The notes under the pieces are model-generated. The model worked only from the letters and a program-made list of their open reading frames with translations, made no database searches and had not been told where the DNA came from. The position numbers were made by a program, and so were the translations under genes. Of a stretch of DNA of 64,000 nt, positions 1 to 9,075 are shown piece after piece (position 1 is the stretch's first letter; each line of letters opens with the position of its first letter). The stretch spans positions 6,152 to 70,151 of the forward strand of contig CAZXPC010000003.1 in assembly GCA_964643135.1 (NCBI GenBank). The letters are read 5' to 3'. Origin of the DNA: an uncultured Candidatus Saccharibacteria bacterium (lineage in GTDB: Bacteria > Patescibacteriota > Minisyncoccia > UBA6257 > Colwellbacteraceae).

Positions 1-369
1 GGTTGAGCCGCCCTGGAGAGCCTTGCCTCGGGTGATGTCGACGTAAATAGCACGGAGAATTCCCCTCCAGTCAAAAGCCGGCTCAGTGTAGAAAGAAGCA
101 TCTTCTACGCTAATAGTCGCATTTTTAATCGACTGGGGTATTTCGGCATCGGAAACGGTAGTTCTCTTTTCTTCACCGTGGATCTCATAAAGGAGGGTTG
201 CGCCGGTTCGGTCGTATATTTTGGTCGACTCGATGACTTGCCGGTTGTTGATCTCTTCAACCGAAGGGAGACTGGACGAAATATAAAGAAACAAAGAAAG
301 GCCGGCGACCGCCGAAATGATTAATGCTATACCGCACCAGAAAAAGATTCTTTTTAATTTTTGAGGCAT
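1..369 (-). CDS. Class A penicillin-binding protein (transglycosylase N-terminus), runs off the window edge
   Basis: Manual translation MPQKLKRIFFWCG...STKIYDRTG...ATISVEDASFY...LQGGST: TM anchor plus GT51 motifs (EDxxFY, QGGST). Confidence 0.88.
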   Translation of the reverse strand, partial: MPQKLKRIFFWCGIALIISAVAGLSLFLYISSSLPSVEEINNRQVIESTKIYDRTGATLLYEIHGEEKRTTVSDAEIPQSIKNATISVEDASFYTEPAFDWRGILRAIYVDITRGKALQGGST

Positions 370-434
370 AAAGTACCAAAGAAGGCGGGTCAACCGCCTT
401 TTAAGTATATAACATATATATTGCCTACTGCCTA

Positions 435-653
435 TTATTCATCCTCATCCCCCTCCAATGCCCACCCCGAGCGCTCATCGTCATCTTCTTCATCGAATAA
501 AGACTCATCGTCATCTTCTTCATCTTCGTCAGTCGAGCCGTCAGCATCTTCCTCCTCGAGTGATTCGCCCTCGCCGAATTCATCGTCTTCTTCCAGTTCG
601 TCTTGATCGGTTTTCAGCGACTTGGTTTTCTTCACCTCCTTTTTTATGGCCAT
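435..653 (-). CDS. Small protein with basic N-terminus and very acidic D/E tail
   Basis: 72 aa ORF co-oriented with its neighbours; strongly biased composition. Confidence 0.6.
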   Translation of the reverse strand: MAIKKEVKKTKSLKTDQDELEEDDEFGEGESLEEEDADGSTDEDEEDDDESLFDEEDDDERSGWALEGDEDE

Positions 654-704
654 TTTTTAAAAGTGGTTATTTTTACGCAAATTATATTCAAGAACACTTC
701 TCTG

Positions 705-1967
705 TCAAGGACTGCTGACTAGTTGGGGCAGGGTGCGGCCGCAGAGATCGTTTATCTTTTTTAGCGTCAGCGGGCCGACGTAGCCCGTTGCGGGCAGGCT
801 GTTTAGAATTTGGAAACCGACCACAGCTGATCTGGTGCAGGTGCCGAAAGAGCCGCTCACCGGACAGTCATGAAGATCGGAACCGGCTGGGGGATAAGAA
901 CCAGCCTGGGCCAGAGCCAACTGCAAAGCCAGGACGCTTGGGTTGTGTCTAACTCCCGCTCCGAATTCGTCCCGCCAGACATAATTGCCGGGCGAGGGCT
1001 GTTTGTCCGGCCAGAATTTATCTGCTTCGTTCCCAAAATATTTTTTAAGGCCCACATAAGTTTGATAGGCCAGTTCTTTTATCATCATCGGGCGCGTGGC
1101 TGGATTAGCCCAAGCGGCTTCATAGATATAGCCATATTCGATCAAGGTGCTGGCCACGGTTTCTTTAAGAGTTTTATCTTCTCCCATGGCGATGAGCCAG
1201 GGGTCTTCAATAATGCCTTTGGCTTCGAGGGGTTCGTTGTTAACGGCTAAAAATTGTTTTAAGGTGTTGAAAAAGCTTTTTGAAAGTTCAGAACTAGCCA
1301 CGTAGTTGGGCATCTCTTTGGCGGCGGTATAAATAGTAAATCCGGAATATTTGCCGGTTTGATTTAAGCGTCTTCCGCCGTAATCGTTAAAGTGAATATG
1401 CAAAACTAAATTGATATTATTCTCATCCACCCATTTATTAATGCCGTAGAGTTTGATCGAGTTTTCGTCGCTCGCATAATTGTGGTCGATCGGGTCGCTG
1501 AAATTAACGCCGCTCGCGATTTCGGCGTTGGTGCGCTGAATCGCTTGGTCGCGGAAAGTCCGGATGGATCCGTCCTGGTCTTTCAGGTAGGAGGCAAAAG
1601 GTTCGAGGTAGCCTGAAACGTTTCGGGTAATAAATGTTTCAAAGTGGCTGTCGGCGCTTAAAATCTTAAAAAGAGCTTGGCCGACCTGCAGGTTCAAATC
1701 AGCCTCCTTCAGCCCTTGGAACTGCGTGCCTCCAGAAGCCGGGTTGTCATCGTGGCCCGGGACGATCAGCACTCTAAACTTGTGTTGGTTATAGATATCG
1801 AGAGCGGCCGAGTTGATGTCGGCAGCCAGCTGCGCATAATCTGGTTTAGTCAGGCTGGGGAAAAACCGAGGAATGAAAATAAAGGCTAAAAATAAAAAAA
1901 TAGCAAAAGACATGAAACCGAGAAGCAAGAATCTTTGAAGAGTTATTTTCTTGGCTTTGATAAGCAT
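705..1967 (-). CDS. N-acetylmuramoyl-L-alanine amidase (Amidase_3) with C-terminal peptidoglycan-binding domain
   Basis: LIVPGH, E-x-x-L-N-L, LHIHFN and LIEYGY motifs; C-terminal GSFGxxTRSAVVGFQ...TGYVGPLT. Confidence 0.85.
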   Translation of the reverse strand: MLIKAKKITLQRFLLLGFMSFAIFLFLAFIFIPRFFPSLTKPDYAQLAADINSAALDIYNQHKFRVLIVPGHDDNPASGGTQFQGLKEADLNLQVGQALFKILSADSHFETFITRNVSGYLEPFASYLKDQDGSIRTFRDQAIQRTNAEIASGVNFSDPIDHNYASDENSIKLYGINKWVDENNINLVLHIHFNDYGGRRLNQTGKYSGFTIYTAAKEMPNYVASSELSKSFFNTLKQFLAVNNEPLEAKGIIEDPWLIAMGEDKTLKETVASTLIEYGYIYEAAWANPATRPMMIKELAYQTYVGLKKYFGNEADKFWPDKQPSPGNYVWRDEFGAGVRHNPSVLALQLALAQAGSYPPAGSDLHDCPVSGSFGTCTRSAVVGFQILNSLPATGYVGPLTLKKINDLCGRTLPQLVSSP

Positions 1968-1972
1968 GATTT

Positions 1973-2437
1973 TTAAATATCAAAGGAAGCTCTGAGCGCT
2001 ATGGCTAATGCATCAAAGGCGTCGTCCGGCAGCGAACTGGCTTTTATGCCCAAATTGAGCGAGACGACTCTTTCCATAGATTTTTTGTCGCTTTGGCCGT
2101 AGCCGGAGACAGTCATTTTAATGTTATTCGGCGAGAACTCTTTGATGACGACGTTTGACTTGGCTAAGGCCAACATGATGGCGCCGCGGGCTTCAGCGAC
2201 TTGAAGCGCAGTTTTCTTGTTGGTCGAGAAAAATAATGTTTCCAAACCGGCCGCGTCGGGCCTATACTTCTTGATTAATTTTCCCAGATCTTTATCAATC
2301 GCCAGCAGTTTTTCGCTTTGGCTAACTTTCCCGGTTCTGATTACGCCATAGTCAATTAAGCGAGTTTTGCCTTTGTTTTTTTCGATTACACCAAAGCCGA
2401 CAATAGTTGTGCCTGGGTCAATGCCGAGAATGATCAT
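1973..2437 (-). CDS. ruvC: Holliday junction resolvase RuvC
   Basis: ILGIDPG, ExxFF, AEARG, DDAFDALAIA motifs. Confidence 0.96.
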   Translation of the reverse strand: MIILGIDPGTTIVGFGVIEKNKGKTRLIDYGVIRTGKVSQSEKLLAIDKDLGKLIKKYRPDAAGLETLFFSTNKKTALQVAEARGAIMLALAKSNVVIKEFSPNNIKMTVSGYGQSDKKSMERVVSLNLGIKASSLPDDAFDALAIALRASFDI

Positions 2438-2455
2438 TCTTTAATTATACGCGAA

Positions 2456-2977
2456 TTATATATTTGAGTAGATTTCTTTAATGTCGCCTCTCTCTTCTAA
2501 GTCCTCGATTAGGTCAGCGATCTTGGCGCGAGCGCCTTCCGAAACTTCTTGTTTGTATTTGGGGATGTAGCCAGCTTCAGTCTTGTCGAAACTCCAAAGC
2601 AGGCTGCCTGGCGTGGCGAGTTTTATTGCGTGGTCGTTGAGGGTGATTTTAATTTCGTTTAGGGTTCTGGGCTTGTTGTCAGTGAGGCTTTCAATAATGA
2701 TGCCGGCGCCTTCGGGGCCGTAGGCTTCGATTAAGACTTCTTCCAAATCGCCGCTTTCCTTAGCACGCTTAAGCGCCCGTTCTATATTTTCAGCGGGCAT
2801 GTTTTCTTTTTTGGCCCGTTCGATGTGGCTGCGGAGAGTGGGGTTAAAGTCGGGATTAGGCTCTTTTTTCGCGGCCGCTGAAATTAAATTCGAAAGCTTC
2901 GAAAAAGTTCGCGCTTTAATTGCGTCGACCCTCCCCTTGCCTGTCTTTATCTGCGACCATTTATTGTGACCTGACAT
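2456..2977 (-). CDS. yebC: YebC/PmpR family protein (shortened form)
   Basis: MSGHNKWSQIK N-terminus, EAYGPEG, TDNKPRT; adjacent to ruvC. Confidence 0.92.
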   Translation of the reverse strand: MSGHNKWSQIKTGKGRVDAIKARTFSKLSNLISAAAKKEPNPDFNPTLRSHIERAKKENMPAENIERALKRAKESGDLEEVLIEAYGPEGAGIIIESLTDNKPRTLNEIKITLNDHAIKLATPGSLLWSFDKTEAGYIPKYKQEVSEGARAKIADLIEDLEERGDIKEIYSNI

Positions 2978-3053
2978 GTCTTGAACTATATCAATTTATT
3001 AAAAACTTACCAATCCAAGTTTCGACAGCCTTATTTGTGTTAAAATGATTTAA

Positions 3054-4712
3054 ATGCCCATTGATGATTCTGATGTTACGCTAAAACTTAAACGCATTCA
3101 GCTTGAGGCGGAAGAACGCGAAGCCGAAAGGATAGCGGCTTCATACAACCTGCCCTATCTTTCAAGCGGTTCTTTGTCGCCTCAGCTAGAGGCTTTGCGG
3201 ATGGTTTCCGAAACAGAGGCGCGGAACGCCAAAGCGGCGGCTATAAAGTTACAAAAAAAGGAATTGGTTTTGGTTGTAGAAAATCCCAAACTAGCGGCCA
3301 CGGCTCAATTGATTGAACGGCTCCGCAATTCCGGCTATTTGATTAATTTATATGCAGTTTCTTTTTCAACTCTCAAGAGGCTTTGGGAGCATTACAGCGA
3401 GATTATTGAAACGCCGCACGAAATCACTTCGGAGATCGAAATAAGCAGTTCTGATTTTGCGAAAATCAACGGAGATATCAAAAACCTTGATAGTATCAGG
3501 GGGTACTGCGCGAAATTCGCTGGACTTTCCACGACCGATCTTCTTTCATTTATTTTCGGCGCCGCTATTGTTATCGGCGCGTCTGATGTTCACTTCGAGG
3601 CTGAGGAATCTTTGGTCAGGCTGAGGCTGCGAGTCGACGGAATTCTAAACGATATCTGCGAATTTCCGCTTGAGAATTATAAACAAGTTTTAAATCGAAT
3701 AAAATTATTGGCCGGTCTAAAGATCAACATTACCGACAGTCCGCAAGACGGCCGATTTACGATTAAGGTTGGCAAAACAGAAGTCGAAATACGCGCGGCT
3801 ATAAGCCCGTCTGAATTCGGTGAAGTTATTGTCATGAGAATTTTGAACCCGAATGAGATTGTTTTGAGTTTGGGAGAATTAGGACTCCGAAAAGACGACG
3901 AAGACGTTGCTCTCCGCGAAATTAAAAAACCAAATGGCATGATATTGGTTACCGGACCAACCGGCAGCGGTAAAACGACTACGCTCTACGCCTTTTTGAA
4001 GAAAGTTTCTAATCCGGAAATAAAAGTGATTACAATCGAAGATCCGATTGAGTATCGATTGGTTGGCATTGAGCAAACTCAAGTTGAGGCTAAGAGTGGC
4101 TACACTTTTGCGTCCGGCCTGCGATCTATTCTAAGGCAAGATCCGGACGTTATCTTAGTCGGTGAAATCAGGGATTTCGAAACGGCTGAAATTGCTATGA
4201 ATGCGTCGCTAACCGGGCACCTCGTTTTCTCAACTTTACACACCAATAATTCAGTAGGTGCTATTCCGAGGCTGATTGATCTGGGGATCAAGCCTTCGAT
4301 TATCGGCCCGGCGCTGACACTCATAATCGCGCAAAGGTTGGTGCGGAAAATTTGCCCATTTTGCCGCAAGCAATCCGAGACGACTCGGGATTTGAGCGCT
4401 AAAATAGCGAAGCTTAAAAAGACTTTGCCGACCAAGGTTCAGAATTATAACCCCACTGATGTGGTTTACGACGCGGTTGGCTGTGACAAGTGCCACGGCG
4501 GGTATAAGGGGCGAATTGGCATTTACGAGCTTTTGGAATTAACCGGAGAATACGAATCATTAATAAATAAAGATGCCACTGAATATTCAATTCGTGAATT
4601 TGCCTTGAAAAAAGGATTGGTTGAAATGCAAAAAGATGGAATTTTGAAAGTTTTGGCGGGGATGACAACGTTTGAAGAGGTGGAGAAGGCCACCGGTCCT
4701 CTCGAGTGGTAG
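3054..4712 (+). CDS. Type IV pilus / T2SS assembly ATPase (PilB/GspE)
   Basis: ASDVHFE, PQDGR, GPTGSGKTTT, TIEDPIEY, LRQDPDVILVGEIRD, tetracysteine motif. Confidence 0.94.
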   Translation: MPIDDSDVTLKLKRIQLEAEEREAERIAASYNLPYLSSGSLSPQLEALRMVSETEARNAKAAAIKLQKKELVLVVENPKLAATAQLIERLRNSGYLINLYAVSFSTLKRLWEHYSEIIETPHEITSEIEISSSDFAKINGDIKNLDSIRGYCAKFAGLSTTDLLSFIFGAAIVIGASDVHFEAEESLVRLRLRVDGILNDICEFPLENYKQVLNRIKLLAGLKINITDSPQDGRFTIKVGKTEVEIRAAISPSEFGEVIVMRILNPNEIVLSLGELGLRKDDEDVALREIKKPNGMILVTGPTGSGKTTTLYAFLKKVSNPEIKVITIEDPIEYRLVGIEQTQVEAKSGYTFASGLRSILRQDPDVILVGEIRDFETAEIAMNASLTGHLVFSTLHTNNSVGAIPRLIDLGIKPSIIGPALTLIIAQRLVRKICPFCRKQSETTRDLSAKIAKLKKTLPTKVQNYNPTDVVYDAVGCDKCHGGYKGRIGIYELLELTGEYESLINKDATEYSIREFALKKGLVEMQKDGILKVLAGMTTFEEVEKATGPLEW

Positions 4713-5333
4713 TTAGCCCAGATGGGCGTGGTCGTTCCAGGTAACCAGTTTCCACTTATCGTCTTTCCATTCACAAAGAGTTATGCCGGTGTTGCTGGCT
4801 ACAAAGAAGGCTGCAGATCTTTTTAGATGGTCGGGTTCCAGATTGTCTCCGAATTCCATGACACAAACTAAGGCCCGCAGGAATAATCCATGAGTTACAA
4901 GTAGAACATTTTCGCGGTCCGTCCCTTTTATGTATTCCAATGCTTTAATAGCCCGGGCGCGGAATTCAAAAAAAGTTTCTTCGTTGGAATGCCGGTAATT
5001 CGGGTTGTGCCAGTTGTCTCTAATGGTTTTTCTAATGGCGGTGATGGCGGGGTCAGCTTCTAATTTGCCAAGGATTTCGCTTGGACGCTTAATTTCCTGG
5101 AAAAGAGGAGAGGTTTCAACGGGTTTTTTAATTGCCAGACCGATTGTTTCGGCTGTTTGCTTTGCTCTTTGAAACGGGCTCGCTAAAATAGCGTCGATCG
5201 GAATTTTTGTGAAACGAGTCGCTATAAATTGGGCTTGTTTAAGACCGGTCGGCGAAAGGTTAGTTTCTGGATGCTGGTGCGTGCCGGCTTCGTTACCTTC
5301 ACTTTCGCCGTGGCGGACTAAATAAAGTTTCAT
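4713..5333 (-). CDS. Histidine phosphatase (phosphoglycerate mutase family)
   Basis: LVRHGES, SPFQRAKQTA, VTHG. Confidence 0.92.
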   Translation of the reverse strand: MKLYLVRHGESEGNEAGTHQHPETNLSPTGLKQAQFIATRFTKIPIDAILASPFQRAKQTAETIGLAIKKPVETSPLFQEIKRPSEILGKLEADPAITAIRKTIRDNWHNPNYRHSNEETFFEFRARAIKALEYIKGTDRENVLLVTHGLFLRALVCVMEFGDNLEPDHLKRSAAFFVASNTGITLCEWKDDKWKLVTWNDHAHLG

Positions 5334-5389
5334 ATGTCAAAATTATAACAGTATAGAAAGATATTCACAGTTGATCGCTGGTATTGTTA

Positions 5390-5645
5390 TCAAAAAGGTA
5401 TAGGATGGGGTTAAGAACTCAACCAATTTATTTTTGCAAAGCAACTAGCTTGATCTGATCTGCGAATGAAAAACGTAGGTCTGCGGGCAATTTCCTTTCG
5501 AGGGGAAGCATGCTCAACGCATTAATAAAAACGGTTGAGTTTAGAATTTTTCCGAGGAGTAACCCAGCCGGAGCCAAATTATCCGTTTACTAAGAAAGAA
5601 TTCGCTGCCCGCAGGCCTACACTTTCTATTCCTTTATATCGGCTA
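5390..5645. ncRNA. Putative structured non-coding RNA, family unknown
   Basis: 15-bp inverted repeat 5475-5489/5606-5620 and several internal hairpins; minus-strand promoter TTGACA(5670-5675)-17-TAGGAT(5647-5652). Confidence 0.45.
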
Positions 5646-5696
5646 TATCCTAACATAGCGCCATACCCTTGTCAAGGGCTAGGCGGCCATTACCGA

Positions 5697-5945
5697 TCTT
5701 CCTTCGAAACCCAATTTCCCCTTCGTCACCACAGATAATTTCTACTGAAATTTCTTCTTCTCGACGCCTTCGCGTCTCCGAGAGGCTCCTCAGAGCAAAT
5801 TGGGTTTCTTCGTATGTCATGAATAAGCCCGACCTTGTTCCATGAAGGGAATCTGCGCAAGCCCGTGAAGACGGGTGAGCAAAAACAAAAATCTCAGCAG
5901 AGATTTATTGTGTTTCCCGGAATGGGATGAGGGAGGGCGAGTTTA
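5697..5945. repeat. Dispersed structured repeat, locus A (two back-to-back units)
   Basis: Right unit nearly identical to the reverse complement of 33121-33243; left unit similar to the reverse complement of 27908-28015. Confidence 0.88.
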
Positions 5946-5960
5946 CCTCGAGTTTTACCG

Positions 5961-7406
5961 CTATTTAATCCCATGCGCCTGCGATTCCCGGTAACCCCCT
6001 TCGGTGATTCTTATAAATTCTGCATTTTTTTGGAAAGTATCGATATCCTTAGCGCCTAAGTAACTCATGCTCGATCGAAAGCCGGCGAGCGTGTCTTTTA
6101 AAATAACGGCAACGTCGCCTTTGAATGGCACTTTACCCGACTTTCCTTCCGGGGCGCGGTAAAGACCATCAGAAGTTTTGTGTTCTTTGCGGAGTTTGTC
6201 TTCGAAGCTCTCGCGTGAGGCTCCACCGCGATAAATTTTATAAGCTTGGCCGGAATCCATTATATACTCGCCTGGTGATTCTTTGGTGCCGGAGATAATA
6301 CTGCCAACCATAACTGTGTTAGCGCCGGCAGCGATAGCTTTGGCTAAGTCTCCTGAGTTCCTTATGCCGCCGTCTCCTATGATTGGTACACCATATTTTT
6401 TAGCGGCGGCGGCGCAGAGTTGAATGGCGGTTAGCTGCGGCACGCCGACGCCGGTTACGACCCTAGTGATGCAAGTTGCCCCCGGGCCGATGCCAATCTT
6501 AACGCAATCAGCACCGGCTTTGATCAAATCAACTGTGCCCTGTGGCGTAGCGACATTGCCGGCCACCAGTTCAACGTGCTTAAGGTTTTTTCTAATAGTT
6601 TTCAGAGCATTAATGGCTCGTTCATTGTGCCCGTGCGCCACGTCCATGACTAGAACGTCGCAGCCGGCGTCAACAAGCAGTCCGGCGCGTTCTAAATAGT
6701 CTTCGTTGACGCCCACTGCCGCGCCAACTAGCAAGTGCCCGCTTTTGTCCTTGGCCGCATCGGGATAGAGCGTCTTTTTAACAATGTCGGTGGCGGTAAT
6801 TAGGCCTTTTAAGATACCCTTTTTGTCGACTAAGGGCAGTTTCTCAATCTTATTTCTGCGGAGCACTAGTTTGGCCTCATCTATCTTGATGCCCATTGGT
6901 GCAGTCACAACTTTCTTAGTCATGACGTCACCTATCTTTTTATTCAGATCAGTTTCAAAGCTCACATCGCGGTGAGTTATAATACCGATTACTCGTTTTT
7001 TATCATCGACAACGATTAGGCCCGAGACATTATTCTTGTCAGTAAATTTTTTAACGTCGAGGAGAGTTTTGTCGCTCGTAATTGTGTGCGGATTTTCGAT
7101 GATTACTCCTTCAGACCGCTTAACTTTCTCAACTTCGCGAGCCTGATCAATCTTATCCATAAAACGATGGATCACGCCCAGCCCTCCCATGTGTGCAAAA
7201 GCTTTAGCCATTTCGGACTCAGTCACTGTATCCATGTTCGCACTAACGAGCGGAATATTCAGATCAATATTGCGGCTAAATTTAGTTTTGGTTGAGGCAT
7301 CGCGGCGGGAATAGACATCAGATCGGCGCGGAACCAAAAGAACGTCATCAAATGTTAAGAATTCTTTTGATGAGTTTATGTTGCGATCTGAGAAGTAGTT
7401 CGACAT
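5961..7406 (-). CDS. guaB: IMP dehydrogenase with CBS domains
   Basis: [36 protein letters not shown]. Confidence 0.95.
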   Translation of the reverse strand: MSNYFSDRNINSSKEFLTFDDVLLVPRRSDVYSRRDASTKTKFSRNIDLNIPLVSANMDTVTESEMAKAFAHMGGLGVIHRFMDKIDQAREVEKVKRSEGVIIENPHTITSDKTLLDVKKFTDKNNVSGLIVVDDKKRVIGIITHRDVSFETDLNKKIGDVMTKKVVTAPMGIKIDEAKLVLRRNKIEKLPLVDKKGILKGLITATDIVKKTLYPDAAKDKSGHLLVGAAVGVNEDYLERAGLLVDAGCDVLVMDVAHGHNERAINALKTIRKNLKHVELVAGNVATPQGTVDLIKAGADCVKIGIGPGATCITRVVTGVGVPQLTAIQLCAAAAKKYGVPIIGDGGIRNSGDLAKAIAAGANTVMVGSIISGTKESPGEYIMDSGQAYKIYRGGASRESFEDKLRKEHKTSDGLYRAPEGKSGKVPFKGDVAVILKDTLAGFRSSMSYLGAKDIDTFQKNAEFIRITEGGYRESQAHGIK

Positions 7407-7457
7407 CTATAAGTATAACAAAAACCTCTTTCCATGTCAGTGTGCTAAAATAAATGA

Positions 7458-8729
7458 ATGGCTAACCAACAATTGGTAGATTACATCCAGGGGCAGCTAC
7501 AAAGGGGTGTAACCGAGATACAAATAAGGGAAATTTTGGCAGCGAACAATTGGCAGGCCAGAGACGTGGATGAGGCGTTCGTGTCCATTAACATGGGTGC
7601 GTCCATTAAGCCGGCTCAGGGCTATCGTAAAAGGAATAGGCTTTTGAGCGTTTGGCTCGGCTTCATGATAATTAGCTATAGCTTAATTATAGTTCTAATT
7701 TTTTTGGCGAAACTAGTATCGCCATTACTTAATCTTTTGACCGTTCTAGCTACCCTTGGTACATCGAGTTTTGATTTCGGCGCGTATGCAATAATTCTCC
7801 AATATTCAATCATCGCCTCTGTTTTTGGCATTTTGTGCGTCGTCTTCTTGTTTAGATGGCAGAAGTGGCCGTTTTGGTTTATTTGCTTTATGGCCGCAGC
7901 CGGATTGATTTTCAGCCTAATTTTTTCGCCTAACCATTCTTGGCTCAGCATTTCGGCCGTAATCATTTCAAGCATATTAAGCACCCTCCTCTTGTACCTG
8001 ATCCTAAAACCTCAGTGGCAATACTTTGAGAATAATATTCCCAAACCGAAAGACGCCGCTATTTTTGCGATAATAGGCGTTTTAGTGTCCGGCGGATTAA
8101 TATTATTATTTAATAATATCGGTTTTTCCGGTGGATCAGCCCTTTGTCCAGCTGATAGTTACAAAATTGTCGAAAGAAACAATGAGTTCACTGATGAAAA
8201 CATAGGAACTGCCCAAGCCGCCGACCATGAATATTGCGGAGTTTATAAAAGTTCCTACCCATATGTTTATGAGCACGCTGATTATGAGCGTGTTGATCAG
8301 CTCGATCAATTCAAGTTCCAGATATATCCGCCGGCGGGTTGGATTGTTAAGGATTCCCGGTCAGTTCTAAATAGCGCCGCTTCTACTATAAGTGATGATT
8401 CAGGCTCGGCTGGCTTGGAAATTGAAACCAATCACCCTTCGCCGAGAGGCTTGGATTTGGACGGATATATCAAAGATGACTATGTACGGCTGATGGAGAT
8501 GGTGGGAGAAACTTTGGATTCAAAATATATCACTATTTCGGGCGAGAGGGCTTATTGGCGCGCTTTTAGGAACGACGGCTCTGGCGCCTATGGCAAAGGA
8601 GAGCAACTATTTGTTATCCATAATCAATATGCGTATATCGTGACCGCCGGAGTGGCGGCAGAAGAGGATTGGGATAAATATAAAGATGTTTTGGAAAAAT
8701 CGTTGTTGAGTTTCGAAATACTTAAGTAA
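7458..8729 (+). CDS. Multi-pass membrane protein with C-terminal extracellular (PsbP-like) domain
   Basis: CPR-type N-terminal helix (QQLVDYI...GV...W...DVDEAF), about 5 TM helices, C-terminal YPPAGW...AYIVT...SFEIL. Confidence 0.65.
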   Translation: MANQQLVDYIQGQLQRGVTEIQIREILAANNWQARDVDEAFVSINMGASIKPAQGYRKRNRLLSVWLGFMIISYSLIIVLIFLAKLVSPLLNLLTVLATLGTSSFDFGAYAIILQYSIIASVFGILCVVFLFRWQKWPFWFICFMAAAGLIFSLIFSPNHSWLSISAVIISSILSTLLLYLILKPQWQYFENNIPKPKDAAIFAIIGVLVSGGLILLFNNIGFSGGSALCPADSYKIVERNNEFTDENIGTAQAADHEYCGVYKSSYPYVYEHADYERVDQLDQFKFQIYPPAGWIVKDSRSVLNSAASTISDDSGSAGLEIETNHPSPRGLDLDGYIKDDYVRLMEMVGETLDSKYITISGERAYWRAFRNDGSGAYGKGEQLFVIHNQYAYIVTAGVAAEEDWDKYKDVLEKSLLSFEILK

Positions 8730-8773
8730 AAAAAGATGGGCCGCGCGTTTGATTTGCGCTAAGCCCAAGATCG

Positions 8774-8923
8774 TTACACCGAGACTGCCACGAATCCGGC
8801 TGATAAGAATGAAAGGGTCAAGCCCACGAAGAATGAGAGCTTGTTATCGTTGGTCATTCCAACCGACATCATCGCGGTGCCCACAGTAAGACCCAGCAGA
8901 CCGATTCCAATCAGGATGTTCAT
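8774..8923 (-). CDS. 49-aa two-TM small protein (not in ORF track)
   Basis: MNILIGIGLLGLTVGTAMMSVGMTNDNKLSFFVGLTLSFLSAGFVAVSV; own promoter TTGACA(8965-8970)-17-CACAAT and downstream hairpin plus U-tract. Confidence 0.6.
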   Translation of the reverse strand: MNILIGIGLLGLTVGTAMMSVGMTNDNKLSFFVGLTLSFLSAGFVAVSV

Positions 8924-8999
8924 AATTGAATCGCCAAAATTATTGTGACCCATTGGAGATGGGGTGTCAAGTGGTATTCGCCTCTTTATTAGTGGCTAG

Positions 9000-9062
9000 C
9001 CCCCACACCTAAAATGTGTGTTAAAAATGATGGCTGGGCTGGAGGTTTCTTAGGTGTGGGGG
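9000..9062. repeat. 13-bp inverted repeat CCCCCACACCTAA...TTAGGTGTGGGGG
   Basis: Perfect arms at 9000-9012 and 9050-9062, just upstream of ruvB. Confidence 0.75.
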
Positions 9063-9075
9063 TACAATTTCACTA

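Noticed and set aside
5535-5738. 67-aa ORF in the intergenic region
   Set aside because: Crosses the structured region, a promoter and the repeat element; no protein-like features
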